A stretch of 64,000 nucleotides of DNA from Orbicella franksi. Taxonomy: Eukaryota. The first letter of the stretch is position 1. The number at the start of each line of letters is the position of its first letter. Both the position numbers and the translations under genes were made by a program. Below are positions 26,899 to 39,600 of the stretch, one piece after another. The notes under the pieces were generated by a model. The model was given only the letters and a program-made list of their open reading frames with translations. It made no database searches and had not been told where the DNA came from. The stretch is from NCBI GenBank assembly GCA_964199315.1, contig OZ116709.1, positions 10,726,001-10,790,000 of the forward strand. The letters are read 5' to 3'.

Positions 26899-27819
26899 AT
26901 GGCAAACATAACTGGTGATAGAAACTTGACAAGCAAACTGGTCCAAATAGTCCTGGTGTCACCAGCGGGTGTAGATGAATTTTTTTCAGCTTTGAACATT
27001 TTTCTATCGATCACTGCATCTCTGGGAAATGCTCTTATCCTTGTTGCTCTTCATAAAGTCTCCTCTATTCATCCTCCGACGAAACTATTGTTTCAATCTT
27101 TGGCGGTCACTGATCTTTGCGTTGGACTTATTGTACAACCACTCTTTGCAATCTTCCTGCTGTCTCGTATAACAGAGGTGAAACAAGACGTTTTGTATTA
27201 TATGTACGAAGTTTCTCGAGCTTCGAGTTGGATTTTGTGTGCAGTATCCGTGTTGACGTCGACCGCAATTAGTGTGGACAGACTGCTCGCCCTGTTGTTG
27301 GGACTGAGATACAGACACGTCGTAACATTAAGGCGAGTTCGTGTAGCTGTAATTTGTTTTTGGTTAATTGGCGCTGTTGCTGGATCGACCCGGATGTGGA
27401 GAAGAGATATTGCCCTAAAGGAAGGCTCTGTTGTCATAATACTTTCTCTGGTAACTTCAATTATTAGTTACACGAAGATCCACCTCAAACTACGACGACA
27501 ACAAGTCCAAGTGCTAAACAATGTTTCCCGGGAACCAACATCAAACAGTGGAGAGATGCCTCTGAATATAGTAAGATACAAAAAGACAGTGTCTAGCATT
27601 TTGTGGGTGCAGTTGGCATTAGCTGCTTGCTATATTCCTTGGGGCATTCTAGCTCTGCTATTTGTAATCGGAATAGAAAATGGCGAGGCTTGGATAGCTG
27701 CGGAGACTCTGATCTACTTAAACTCATCTCTAAACCCGATCCTGTATTGTTGGAAGATCAGAGAAGTGAGACAAGCAGTGAAAGACATTATCAGGCAACT
27801 CGACTGTATCTGTCAATAG
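26899..27819 (+). CDS. Intronless class A (rhodopsin-like) orphan GPCR, copy 1 (type A), 306 aa; an upstream in-frame ATG lies at 26788
   Basis: Seven hydrophobic segments, GN in TM1, LAVTD in TM2, SVDRL, CYIP and [11 protein letters not shown]-terminal sequons NIT and NLT follow the ATG at 26899. Confidence 0.9.
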   Translation: MANITGDRNLTSKLVQIVLVSPAGVDEFFSALNIFLSITASLGNALILVALHKVSSIHPPTKLLFQSLAVTDLCVGLIVQPLFAIFLLSRITEVKQDVLYYMYEVSRASSWILCAVSVLTSTAISVDRLLALLLGLRYRHVVTLRRVRVAVICFWLIGAVAGSTRMWRRDIALKEGSVVIILSLVTSIISYTKIHLKLRRQQVQVLNNVSREPTSNSGEMPLNIVRYKKTVSSILWVQLALAACYIPWGILALLFVIGIENGEAWIAAETLIYLNSSLNPILYCWKIREVRQAVKDIIRQLDCICQ

Positions 27820-28056
27820 TGTGTATAGATCGACGTAGAGATTCCCAAACATTTTAAATGAGTGGTGGGAATACAAATTGTTGCTTCGCGTGTAGGGAAA
27901 GCCCGTCCATCGCGGGCTCCATCCAGTGCTTACAGCTAAGTTTCTTCAAAGATAACAAATAGGAGTGCCCATAACATACACAGGGGATAAACGAGGGGGA
28001 CAGAGGGCAAAAGACCACAGTGAAGTTATAGCGCTCCCTCTGCAACACAACGCTAA

Positions 28057-28419
28057 GGAGTTTACGAAACCACGACGGCAAAGGCAACGGGAACGTCACT
28101 GAACAAAAGAATTAATGAGCAGAACAATGGCTGTACACGTGCGCTATAATTCTTGGTATATTTCTTTGCCGTCCTTTGCAAGACAAGAACGTGAAATAAC
28201 TAAATTTTGCGTTGTCTGGAGAACGTGAACCACGACGGCTAATATTTTAAATTTTTATTTCAAATTTATCGCTGTGTTTCGGATTTAGTTTTGCGATAGT
28301 TTTAACAGTGATAAACAAAGTAAATGACTTTAGAGTATCGCGAGATTCGTAGGTAAAATATAAATCCATTTTTTAATCGACGTTGTCCTCGGCGTCGCCG
28401 TCGTGGTTTCGTAAACTCC
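28057..28419. mobile_element. MITE with perfect 23-bp TIRs (Harbinger-like)
   Basis: ggagtttacgaaaccacgacggc / gccgtcgtggtttcgtaaactcc. It is absent at the paralogous site behind GPCR7 (about 60515). Confidence 0.85.
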
Positions 28420-28602
28420 CAACTGGGCACAACAGGACACAACAAACACGACAGCAAACCCATGGACAGCAGCTACGCTCAAAAGCACGAACAACCAGAC
28501 TTGTCGCTGAGGTTTGCCATCAAACCATGCAACCATAATGACCATGTGTACTTAGTAAAAAAATTATATAGTCGAAAACGTTTTTCGTAATCAGCTTGGT
28601 GT

Positions 28603-29835
28603 TAGAAGTTAGTCTAATATTATTCGGGGTATTAGGGACCCTTTAAAGAAGAGGAGCATCTTTTCCTATCTCAGAGATCAACATGCTCCTTTCTATTTTG
28701 CTACAAGAAACATGTTCAGATTCTTGTGATGAAGCTATCTGAAGACGTAGATGGGGAGGCGATATTATTTTTTCTCATGGTTATACAAGGAGTAGTAAGA
28801 AGGTTTGCATTTTAATTGATCCGTCGTTAAAAATCTGGTTGACCTTTTCCGCAGGCCGGGGATAATAGAGGAAGAATAGTACTAATTACACTGACTTTTG
28901 ATCACTTGAAGATATCATCACTCCTTGCGACATCTTTGGCCCTAACAGTCACACGGACCAATTATAGGTTAGTCAAGATTTGAACGTCTGAAAGATAAGT
29001 CTGACATAACGACTAATTGTGGAACGTAGTTGGACCCGTATTGAGACCGAAAAACCTCCTCTGCATTTACTTTCAACACATTTACAAACGCGACCAGTGT
29101 CGTCAACAGAGCGTTTTCACTCACGTGGCCAACACACATGCAAATTCCTTGGAAGTAAAAAAGGGTTCACGTAAGAAAAGAGTTTAAATCCTGCAGGACT
29201 GGTTTGGGACACCAACATGATCGCCATTTCATTGTTTTGGGACACGAATATAGCTGCCGTGACGTCGTGTGACGCCTCAGCAGATGATAGCCATATTCAT
29301 GTGAACATCGTTGTAATTTTGGAGTATCCATAAGAAAGTGGCCAGGGTTGAGGTTCTTCACTCGAACACAGAAAGTTCTTTTCTTAACAATGGCTTTCCC
29401 ACGGACTGGATTAAAGTTTCCAGAGTTGTAGGACAAGAGCGTCCTCTCTTGCTCGTTTTATTCATCCTAACAGCTGAATTGTTGGCAAATAAAAAACGTC
29501 ATCAAGATAATAATATCAAAGTGTCATATGGCGATGAGGTTTAGTGAAGTCAATAGAGTCAATATGCAGATGACACGAACGTTTTGTGTATGCGCGGATT
29601 TGGAATCGGTTGAGAATGTATTGCAGCTCTTAGCAGACTTCGGGGTTTTTTCCGGCTCAAAACTAAATAGAGAAGAAACAGCTACGTGGCTAGCAAATTG
29701 AGCTAATAGGAAAACAGAACCGTTGCAATTCTCCAACCAAAATGTTAAAGAAATATTATTCACATGACAAGAAAGGCAATGACGATTTCAACTTTTAACA
29801 TGAAGATTCAGAAGTTGCATTTATGGAGATCAGCA
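28603..29835 (+). mobile_element. Degraded, internally deleted L1/Tx1 LINE fragment (endonuclease and RT pieces) with a small MITE at about 29105-29280
   Basis: Broken frames give RGIRDPLKRRSIFSYLRDQ...LQET...WGGDIIFSHG and NTESSFLNNGF...FILTAELLANK...QYADDT, homologous to ORF2 of the 36.4-41.6 kb element. Confidence 0.7.
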
Positions 29836-30087
29836 GCAATTAGGTAAAATAACGTACACGAAATGCCATTTCAAAGCAAATCATGGACACGTGCACCTCG
29901 ATAATTACGTTTTTAATTAAAATAAACTTCACTTTAAGTAACGAATAATTGACAAACGGCCGCATTTGAAAGCGGAAACACCAAAAGCTTACGCTCTTAT
30001 AAAACGTTTGTAAACAGTCTATTAACGATACGTCATCAGCGACATATAAAACTGTCATCCCGTTATTAGCTACAACTGAAGCTCAAG

Positions 30088-31002
30088 GTGGCGAACATTC
30101 CCAGACCCGGAAATTAAAACTTCACAATCAAACTGAACCAAGCACTCAGCTCACCACCATCAGGCATTATTGAATTGGTCTCAGCGTTGAACATTGTTCT
30201 TTCCATCACCGCATTTCTGGGCAACGCGCTGATCCTTATTGCTCTTCATAACCTGTCTTCCATTTATCCTCCGACGAAACTTTTCTTTCGAAGTCTTGCG
30301 GTCGCTGATCTTGGAGTTGGCTTTCTTGCGCAACCACCCCAGATCTATGTAACCATTATTATGTCCCCCTTGATAAAGATTAATGGTCATGATGTTTTCT
30401 ATATTCTTCAAGTAGCCCTTACTTTATGCTGGGGTTTGGGTCTAGTATCTATCTTGACGTTGGCCGCGATTAGTGTGGACAGACTTCTCGCCCTGTTGCT
30501 GGGACTGAGATACAGACATGTCGTAACTTTAAGGCGTGTTAGTGTAGTTATAATTTGGTTTTGGTTTACTGGTGCTTTAGCTGGATGGATTCGGATGCAG
30601 AAAAAAATTGATTTAGCTCACAAGCAAGCCTCTGTTATACTGACACTGTGATTTTCTGCTATACGACGATCCACCTCAAATTACGACATCAACAAGCCCA
30701 GTTGCATAATAATGTCCCCCAAGGCACGATCGTGATGGGAGGAGGGACTCCACTGAACATGGCAAGATACAGAAAGATAGTTTCTAGCATATCGTGGGTG
30801 CAGTTGGCTTTTGTTGCCTGTTATGTTCCGTCGGGCATTGTAATCGTGCTATCTGGAAATGGAATAAGTTACAAGGCTCGGAGAGCCACGGAGACTCTAG
30901 TCTTCCTAAACTCGTCTCTAAACCCGAACCTGTATTTCTGGAAGATCCGAGAAGTAAAACAAGAAGTGATAGACACGATCAGACAGTTTTACTGTTTTTT
31001 AA
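30088..31002 (+). pseudogene. GPCR copy 2 (type B) pseudogene
   Basis: Start is GTG, in-frame TAA at 30115, frameshifting deletion near 30648, NPILY changed to NPNLY, and stop lost at the RTE junction. Confidence 0.85.
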
Positions 31003-32266
31003 CTCCACGAGCTCTGTGCCTGTTGCTGGGATCGGCCGCAAGGTAAACTTTTACAAGACCTTCGCGACGTAGTCATCAGTTATTCTCTGTAAGAACAAAG
31101 GGGAAAAGTCGGACTGCTACAACTACAGAAGAATTACTCTGCTCTTTATTGTAGGAAAAATCCTCGCAAGTGTTTTTTTGAACAGACTGCTGCCTTCCAT
31201 CGTTGTAGATTATCTCCCAGAGAGCGAGTGTGGATTTAGAGCCAACAGAAGCCTTAAAGGCATGGTCCTCAGACAGCTACAGGAAAAGTGCCGAGAGCAG
31301 AGCAAGGGGCGGTTTGCAACGTTTGTCGATCTCATTAAAACGTTTGACACGGTGAGTAGAAAAGGGTTGTGACAGATCTTGGAGCGACTCGGCTGTCCAC
31401 CCAAGTTCCTCAGCATGGTCATCCAGCTGCACGAAAACCAGTGTGGTCAAGTAAGGCTCAACACTGTGTCTGAGCCTTTTCAATCGCAAACGGTGTGAAA
31501 CATGTTTGCGTCCTGGCAACGACTCTCTTCCCCATCTTCTTCAGTTAAATGCTCGAGCAAGCTCCTGAAGACATTGAAGATGGCGTCGACATCCGCAGCC
31601 GCCTTGACGGCAACCTTTTCAACCTCAGCCGACGTCAGGGCCACAGGAAGACCATGGAGCAACTGATCTGGGACCTCCTCTTCGCCCACGACGTCGCTCT
31701 CGTTGCACACACAGAAAGAGCCTTGCAACGCCTAACGTCTTGCTTTGCAGAGTCTGCCAAGCTCTTTGGTCTCGAAGTCAACTTGACGAAGACGGAGGCC
31801 CTCCATCAGCCTGCAGCTCGGGAAGTGTATCGCGCCCTCACATCAGCGGTTCACCTACCTGGGATGCATCATCTCCTCGGATGCTAAGATCGACAAAAAG
31901 ATCCACAACAAACTGCCTGAGGTAAACAGTGCTTTTGCCTGTTGCAGCGTGGCAAACACTGCTTTTGGCAGCAGCGTGTGTGGAACAACAAGCACCTGAA
32001 GAAGGCTACCAAGATCAGCGTGTACAGAGCCATCGTACTGACCACTCTACTTTATGGCTCTGACTCCTCGAACGCTTCTATCAGCGCTGTCTGCGCACCA
32101 GTCTCAACATCCACTGGAGTGACTTCATCACCAATGTCGAAGTCCTTGAATGAGCGGAGCTCTCCAGCATCGAAGCCATGCTGCTGAAGTCACAGCTACG
32201 TTGGGCAGGGCATGTCTCCAGGATGAAAGACCACCGCCTGCCAAAGATGATGATGATCATAATAAC

Positions 32267-32301
<35 letters not shown>

Positions 32302-32878
32302 TGATGATGATGATGATGATAATAATAATAATTTAATAACTTCTAGGGCGCTAGTTACATTCACTGATCAACAGCGCTTTACAACTTAAAATACTACAAT
32401 GAAATTCAAATTTGTAAAACTAACTACATCTATATTAATAAAATAGAATATTCATAATATTGATAATAAACTTAATTAGATCACACTGTATGGTGAACTC
32501 TCCACTGACCAGCACGACAGAGGGGCACCAAAGAAGCGCTTCAAAGACAGCTTGAGGAAAGCTGTTGGTGCCTGCCACATCAACCATAGCCGGTGGTCTA
32601 CTCTTATAGCAGACCGCCACACTTGGCGTCACATGCACCATCCACTAAGCTGTCGCCTCCTTCAAAGCAACCTGTGAGGCAAACATTGCGGAGAAAAACG
32701 TAGGAGAAAGAGCTACGAAGCTGCAGCACCAAACCTGGATCCATCTTTCATCTGTAGTCGCTGAAACCGGGCCTGCCGGTCATGCATTGGCCTCACCAAC
32801 CACGAGAGCGCCTGAAGTCGACGGGAACCCTCACTCCCTACATGATATTCGGTGCTGAAGTTAGGCCATGATCATGAA
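31003..32878 (+). mobile_element. 5'-truncated, decayed RTE/BovB-clade LINE
   Basis: Fragments LNRLLPSI..YLPESECGFRANRS, LRQLQEKCREQ, FVDLIKTFDTVSR, GCPPKF, RLDGNLFNL, LLFAHDVAL and LYGELST in shifting frames. Confidence 0.85.
32249..32477 (-). mobile_element. Short antisense LINE 3' end (L2/CR1-like) with an (ATT/ATC)n tail, nested in the RTE
   Basis: It interrupts RLPK-ITLYGE. AGAT occurs at 32245-32248 and 32478-32481. A microsatellite covers about 32249-32332. Confidence 0.55.
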
Positions 32879-34128
32879 TTATTTCTCTGTAGCGCCAAAT
32901 TGTTACCTTGTTCAAATCCAGTCTGGCTATTTGGTAAATTAAATGTTAAATTTATAATTCCATTTTTAAACTAATATGTGACTTGCTTGTTTGAGGTCTT
33001 TTGTCAAAAGTTTAAAACTCCCTCCATTGAGATATTAATCTCATTTGGAAGATTTTCCTTATATAAAAATAGCGTAAGATATAAATGAGCCGCAGGCATA
33101 CAAATTGTTGCTTTAAGCGCAGGGAAAGCCCGCTCATCGCTGGCTGTCTCCAGTACTTACAGTCGGGTGTCTTCTTGTTTTTCTCCTCCATTAAGTAATA
33201 TGCCGCACTGACAGAGCGGACGACAAACACAAGGACAGCGGCTACACTCAAAGGTGCGAACAATCAAAACATGGAACTATAATGACTAGGCCTTGCACTT
33301 AACGCAATGATGCATTTCAACCGAAACCGTCTTTTTCAACCGAACCGGTTGGTATTAGGAGTGAGGAGAACATTTTTTTTCCAAATGACGCAATGTTCAG
33401 GGGAAAACATGTTGAAATATAAACTTTCACTTAAACTAGTTTTGACTTCCTGCGAAGGTGCTATGACCTGAAAAGGTTGTTAACTCTTCAGACGGTGAAC
33501 ACTGCTACAGTTTTTGCGCTCTTCAAATGATAAAAAGAAAGCTGTTAAAAGCAGCTCTTAGCTAACTCAATATATTTATACACGTATGAAGTCTTATCAT
33601 CTGCAGTTCAAACAAAAGTAATTAAAAAGAATATTTCAATAATCAAGCCGGATGTCAGTTATACTGGGCTGGCACATAAAAATTTCTATATTTTATATTA
33701 TCAAGATGAAGAGGTATCTCCAGCTCCTCAGTATGTCACAGTGTAAAGTGCGCCTATTCTTTTCCTAAAGCTTTGTATTAAAATATTACATCGATGCTAT
33801 TCTTTCGGTCTTTTACCGGTCTTCACTGACAGTTTATTTTAAATTACTTCGTGAAATAACAGCCAGGTAAAAAACTGAAATCTGAATCTCATTCCAACTG
33901 ACAAATCATTGGCGCATCGATAATCAACTCTACAGAATAAACTTCACTGACAGATGGCGGCATTTGAAAGCGGGAATGCCAGATAACATTAGTGCACAGT
34001 TCATTAGCAATACCTCATCGACGACATATAAAATGTTCAAACCGTTATAAGCTACAAGCTGAAGGTTTTTACTCATTTTTAAGCCTGGTGTTCGAAGCAA
34101 GATTTAATTTCTCACCGATACTGGACCA

Positions 34129-35046
34129 ATGGCGCCGGCAAACATTACTGTTGATGGAAACTTCACAAGCAAACTGAACCAAGAACTCAGTGCGCCACCA
34201 GCGGGCAGAATCGAATTGTTCTCTGCTTTGAACATTTTTCTATCGATCACCGCATCTCTGGGCAATGTTCTGATCCTTATTGCTCTTCATAAAGTCTCTT
34301 CTATTCATCCTCCGACGAAACTTTTCTTTCGATGTCTGGCGGTCACTGATCTTGGAGTTGGCGTTTTTGCGCAACCACTCTATGTAGCCTTCATTATGTC
34401 TCCCTTGTTAAATATGAATGTCCATGATATTTTCTATGTTCTTCAAGTCGCTCTTTTTTTAAACTGGTGTTTGTGTGGAGTATCTCTGTTGACATCGGCT
34501 GCAATAAGTGTGGACAGACTTCTTGCCCTGTTGTTGGGACTGAGATACAGACATGTCGTAACATTAAGGCGAGTTCATGCAGTTATAATTTGTTTTTGGT
34601 TAATTGGCGCTTTAGCTGGATTGATTCGAATGAAAGAAATTGATTTAGCCTTGAACGGAGCCTCTGTTACTTTGACATTGTGTCTAGTAACTATGAGTTT
34701 CTGCTACACGACGATCCACATCAAACTACGACATCAACAAGCCCAGTTACATAACAATGTCGCTCAAGGCCCAATCGGAATCGGAGGAGGGAGTTCACTG
34801 AATATAGCAAGATACAAAAAGACAGTTTCTAGCATATTGTGGGTGCAGTTGGCTTTAGTTACATGCTATGTTCCATTGGGCATTGTAGTCCTACTATCTG
34901 CAAATGAAATAAGTTACGTGGTTTGGAGGGCCACGGAGACTCTATTCCTCCTAAACTCGTCTCTAAACCCGATCCTGTATTGTTGGAAGATCCGGGAAGT
35001 AAAACAGGCAGTGAGAGACACGATCAGACAGTTTTACTGTTTTTAA
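34129..35046 (+). CDS. Intronless class A orphan GPCR, copy 3 (type B), 305 aa, intact
   Basis: Complete ORF with NIT/NFT sequons, SVDRL, CYVP and [10 protein letters not shown]. Confidence 0.92.
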   Translation: MAPANITVDGNFTSKLNQELSAPPAGRIELFSALNIFLSITASLGNVLILIALHKVSSIHPPTKLFFRCLAVTDLGVGVFAQPLYVAFIMSPLLNMNVHDIFYVLQVALFLNWCLCGVSLLTSAAISVDRLLALLLGLRYRHVVTLRRVHAVIICFWLIGALAGLIRMKEIDLALNGASVTLTLCLVTMSFCYTTIHIKLRHQQAQLHNNVAQGPIGIGGGSSLNIARYKKTVSSILWVQLALVTCYVPLGIVVLLSANEISYVVWRATETLFLLNSSLNPILYCWKIREVKQAVRDTIRQFYCF

Positions 35047-36648
35047 CAGCAAATCTGTTCCTTGCAGCACCTAAAATTACTATTTATCAAAAGTTTAAAA
35101 ACTTCCTCCATTAAGACTTTAATTTCATTTAAGAGATTTTAATTTTATAAAAATGAAAGCCCAAGCCTTTAAAATGAGCGGCAGGCATACAAATTGTTGT
35201 TTTCACTGCAGAGAAAGTACGCCGCAAGTACTTACAGTCAGGCTTTATTTGTAGGCCTTATACTGAGCGCAATTATGCGTTTCAATCGAAAGCGTCTTTT
35301 GTAACCGGACCGGTTGGTATTACAACTTAAGAGAACTCTCTTTTCAAATGACGTAGTGTTCAGCCTGAAATATATTGAAAATTAAGCACGTTTTGACTTC
35401 CTCCGAAGAGGCTGTGATCTGAAGGGGGTGTTAACTTTGTAGACGATAAATTACCATTCATTCCTCTGGTGAAAATCAGAGATATAAACACGTGTAACTA
35501 GTGTTTTAGTCTTAAACGTCTTAGTGGCATGTGCAAGTTTGTGACGAGAGTAAATTTTGTGGGTATAGTCTCGTTTGAAAACGTACGGATGTTGGCCCGT
35601 CATTTGTACTCAGGCCTCGTCGGAAGGAAGGGCTCCCCAGATTCAGTTAATGGTTGTTAATCTCGTGTTAGAATAAAGTAGTTAACCATTTGTAGCTGCT
35701 TTGTGTGGTCTTGAGGCTATCACACCAGCCAACATTGATACAGTTTTTGCGCTCTTCAAATGATAAAAAGAAAGCTGCTAAAAGCAGCTCTTAGCTAACT
35801 CAATATATTTATACACGTATGAAGTCTTGTCATCTACAGTTCAAACAAAAGTAATTAAAAATAATATTTCAATAATCAAGCCGGATGTCAATGTTAATAA
35901 GCACATTAGAAAAATATCGTTATTTTATATTATCAAGATGAAGAAGCTCCTCAATATGTCACAGTGTAAAGTGCGCCAGTTCTTTTCCCAAAGCTTTGTA
36001 TTAAAATATTGCATCGATGCTATTCTTTCGGTCTTTACTGACAGTTTATTTTAAATTACTTCGTGAAATAACAGCTAGGAAAAACAATTGAAACCTGAAT
36101 CTTACTCTAACTGACAAATCATTGGCACATCGATAATTAACTTTACAGAAAAACTTCACTGTAAGGAAAAAGTAATTGACAGATGGCGGTATTTGAAAGC
36201 GGAAATGCCAGAAAACGTTAGTGCACAGCCATTAGCAATACGTCATCGACGACATATAAAATTTTCAAACCGTTATTAGCTACAAGCTTAAGGTTTTTAC
36301 TCATTTTTAAGCTTGGTGTTCAAGACCAAGATTTAATTTCTTACCGATACTAGACCAATGGCGCCTGCAAACATTACTGTTGAGTTTTTTTTTTTTTTAA
36401 TAATTTTAATTTACAAAACACAGTTCTACAATACTTACGTTACTTACAATACGGGTCACTTATGCTGGCAATACAATACTCAATACAGTTCCTTACAGAA
36501 AATACAATTACTTGCAATATGGGCTACTTACACTGCTAACAATATAATACTCTACTTACGTTACTTGCTGTACATACAGTTACTTACAATACGTTATACT
36601 GTGTATTGACTTTGAGGAGGGAGGAGTACTTCTCACTAAAACATTTAA

Positions 36649-39600
36649 TTAAGACAAATTTTCAAGCTTGTATTTAATGTGTAGCTTACTGATAGAATCC
36701 TGAATGGAGATGGCCAGGCTATTTAACTTGCTTGAATAAATATAATGGCGCATAAATAAGGTGGTGTAGTTGAATTTCCGTATTATTGCTATGTCGTGGG
36801 AGCTTGCAGTAATACCGAACAAGGTCTCCTCTGTGGTAGGAGAAATTTGACACGCATTCACTTGGTTGAACCAGCTCAAGACTTTTTGGGTAAACAATTT
36901 GGTAAACATACATTCGATAAAAGAGTGCTCAATTGAACTTTATCTCCGCAGTATTCATCGTCCGCCTTAATACCAAATCTGAATAGTTCTTTCTCAGTTA
37001 CTATCGTTCTATGGATTAATTTAAATTGAAACTCTTTGAGTTTAGTTTCCTTACAAATATTTTTTAGTGATTTAAAGATCTTAGTCCACACGTCCCTTTT
37101 TAAAGAGAGTTTTTCGCTCAAACGTTTAGGGCCCGTTTGATCTTCGGTGTGAATCTTGACGTTAAGCAAATTATAAAAATCCTTTGACTTAGCCTTGTGC
37201 AGATTAATTTGTGTCGATTCGTTGAGGGAAAAGATATTATTATTTCCGGTAAAAAATGATTTGTTGATGATGTCGGAGCACTTGGCTAGAGACCTTAAGC
37301 GTTCCGGAATAGCACTAACAACTTGATGATACTGTAAAAAATTGGATTCACAGGAATATTTATCCCAAAACTCGCGGAATGTTAAAAAATTGCCACTTTC
37401 ATTCAATAGGTCATTAATTGATAGAATACCCTTTTTAAACCATTCACTAAGGAAGATGGGTTTCCCGTCCACCAATATATCTTTGTTATTAAACAATACT
37501 AACTCCTGCTTTTGATCATACGAGTAAAGAGTTTTTAATTCGTTGAAGAAGTCTAGTATCTTCTTATAGAAGGGCGGGAGATCTTTAGAATAATTTGTGT
37601 CGTAGTTGCACCTTAGTAGAAAGTTTAACCCTCCCTTTCTTCTGAAATAGTGCTCTGGAATAATATACCAATTACTATTGTCCGAAGTCCGCAACAGTCT
37701 CGGGATCCAGGCGAGTTTTAGGGCTTTTAACATAATATCAAAGTCGGTCATGCGTATTCCACCGTTTTCTGGATCCTGATAAAGGCCTGATCTTTTTATT
37801 TTATCTTTTTTGTTTTTCCAGAGGAACTTAAAAGATTTTGTTCTTACAATTTCCACAATTCCTTTGGGAACATCTAGATTAGAGGCCGAATAAATAAGTT
37901 GCGATATGCCCAAGGTTTTAATTAACATGGCTCTTCCAAATATCGTCAAGTCCCGTGAACTCCACATATCCAGCTTAATTTGCAACTTTTGGATCTTTTT
38001 GTCGAAGTTGAGCTCGTTATTCTCCTTAATATTATACGAAAAATATATCCACAATATCTTAACGGGGCTGTGGAACCATTTTAAATCCAGAGGCTTACTT
38101 CTATTACTTTTCCATTTCCCCAACCAAAGCGCCTTCGTTTTCTTTACATTTAAGGACAGGCCAGCAATTCGTTCGAAATCCCCAACAATTTTCAAGGCCA
38201 TTTCTAAAGATTCTATGTCCGCATTGAATAGAGTTGTATCATCAGCGAATTGGGACAGCTTGATTTCCTTACCGAAGACTTTGATTCCTCTCACGTTGGA
38301 ATCCTGACGTATCTTATTTGAGAGTACCTCTGCAGAAAGAATAAACAAATAAGGGGAGAGTGGGCAACCTTGTCGAACTCCTTTTGATGGTTTAAACCAA
38401 CTGGTTATAAAACCATTGTTTTGTACCGCGCTTTCTGTGTTCGTGTAGAATATCTTAATCCAGCGCTTGATGTCACTACCAAAATTAAAATGGTCTAAAG
38501 TTTTCATTATAAAGGGCCATTCAATCGAATCAAAAGCTTTACGGAAGTCTAGGGAGGTTAGAATGCCAGGTAAGTTTTGTAGATTCGTATATTCCATTAT
38601 GTCACTTATAAGTCAGATATTTTCCCCAATGTATCTCCCTTTTACGAAGCCTGTTTGGTCAGAGTGGATAAGGTTTGGTAGTGTCGGTTCAATGCGTTTT
38701 GCTATTGCTTTTGCCGCTATTTTAAGATCAACGTTAAGCAAAGTAATCGGTCTCCAGTTTGAAAGATCTAGGAGTGACCCGTCTTCTTTCGGAACTAAAG
38801 TAATTATTCCCCTTCGTTGTGAAATGGAGAGTTCACCTTTCTCGTGCGCTTCGTTAAAACTTGCTATTAAATCGTTTCCTAAAAGATCGAAAAAATAGGT
38901 ATAAAATTCAACGGTAAATCCATCTTCCCCCGGCGCTTTATCATTCTGAAAGGTTTCTAGTATCTTTTTGCATTCTTCGTACGTAAGTGGACCCTCCAAG
39001 GTTCCTTGCACGTCCTCTGAAAGCTTAGGCGATTCAACATTTTCAGTGAATGTGTCATAAGCTGTTTCAGAAAAGGTTAAATCCGAGGTATATAGGTTTC
39101 TATAATAATCTTCAATTTGCTCTAGAATCAGTGTCTCGTTGCGCGTAATAGAATCATTTTGTAATCGAAGCTCACTGATAGTTTTTTTTGTTGTAATTAC
39201 TTTTTTCAAGATTGAAAAAATACTTTGTTGGGCGTTCACCATTTTCTATCCAGCGACATTTTGCTCTAAACATTGCCTGTTTTCCTTTTTCTTCGTAAAT
39301 TGACTTAAGTTCCGTTTTCAGTCCGTCATACTCCCGTAGTACTCCATCGATGTAAGGAGAAGAAAAATTATCGCAGATGATAACATTAAGTTGGTCTATT
39401 CTACGTCTTAATTCCTGTTCTCGGTTGCTGATGCATTTTGCTTTATTTTTGGAAAAGGAAATAGTCGCAGATCTGATTTCCATTTTCATTAACTCCCAAA
39501 AGAGCCTCTTATCCGTCACCTGGCTATAATAACTGCACGCGTGAGCGTATGTATCACGAACCTTACTCACATACTGCATGTCATTCAATAGGGTGTTGTT

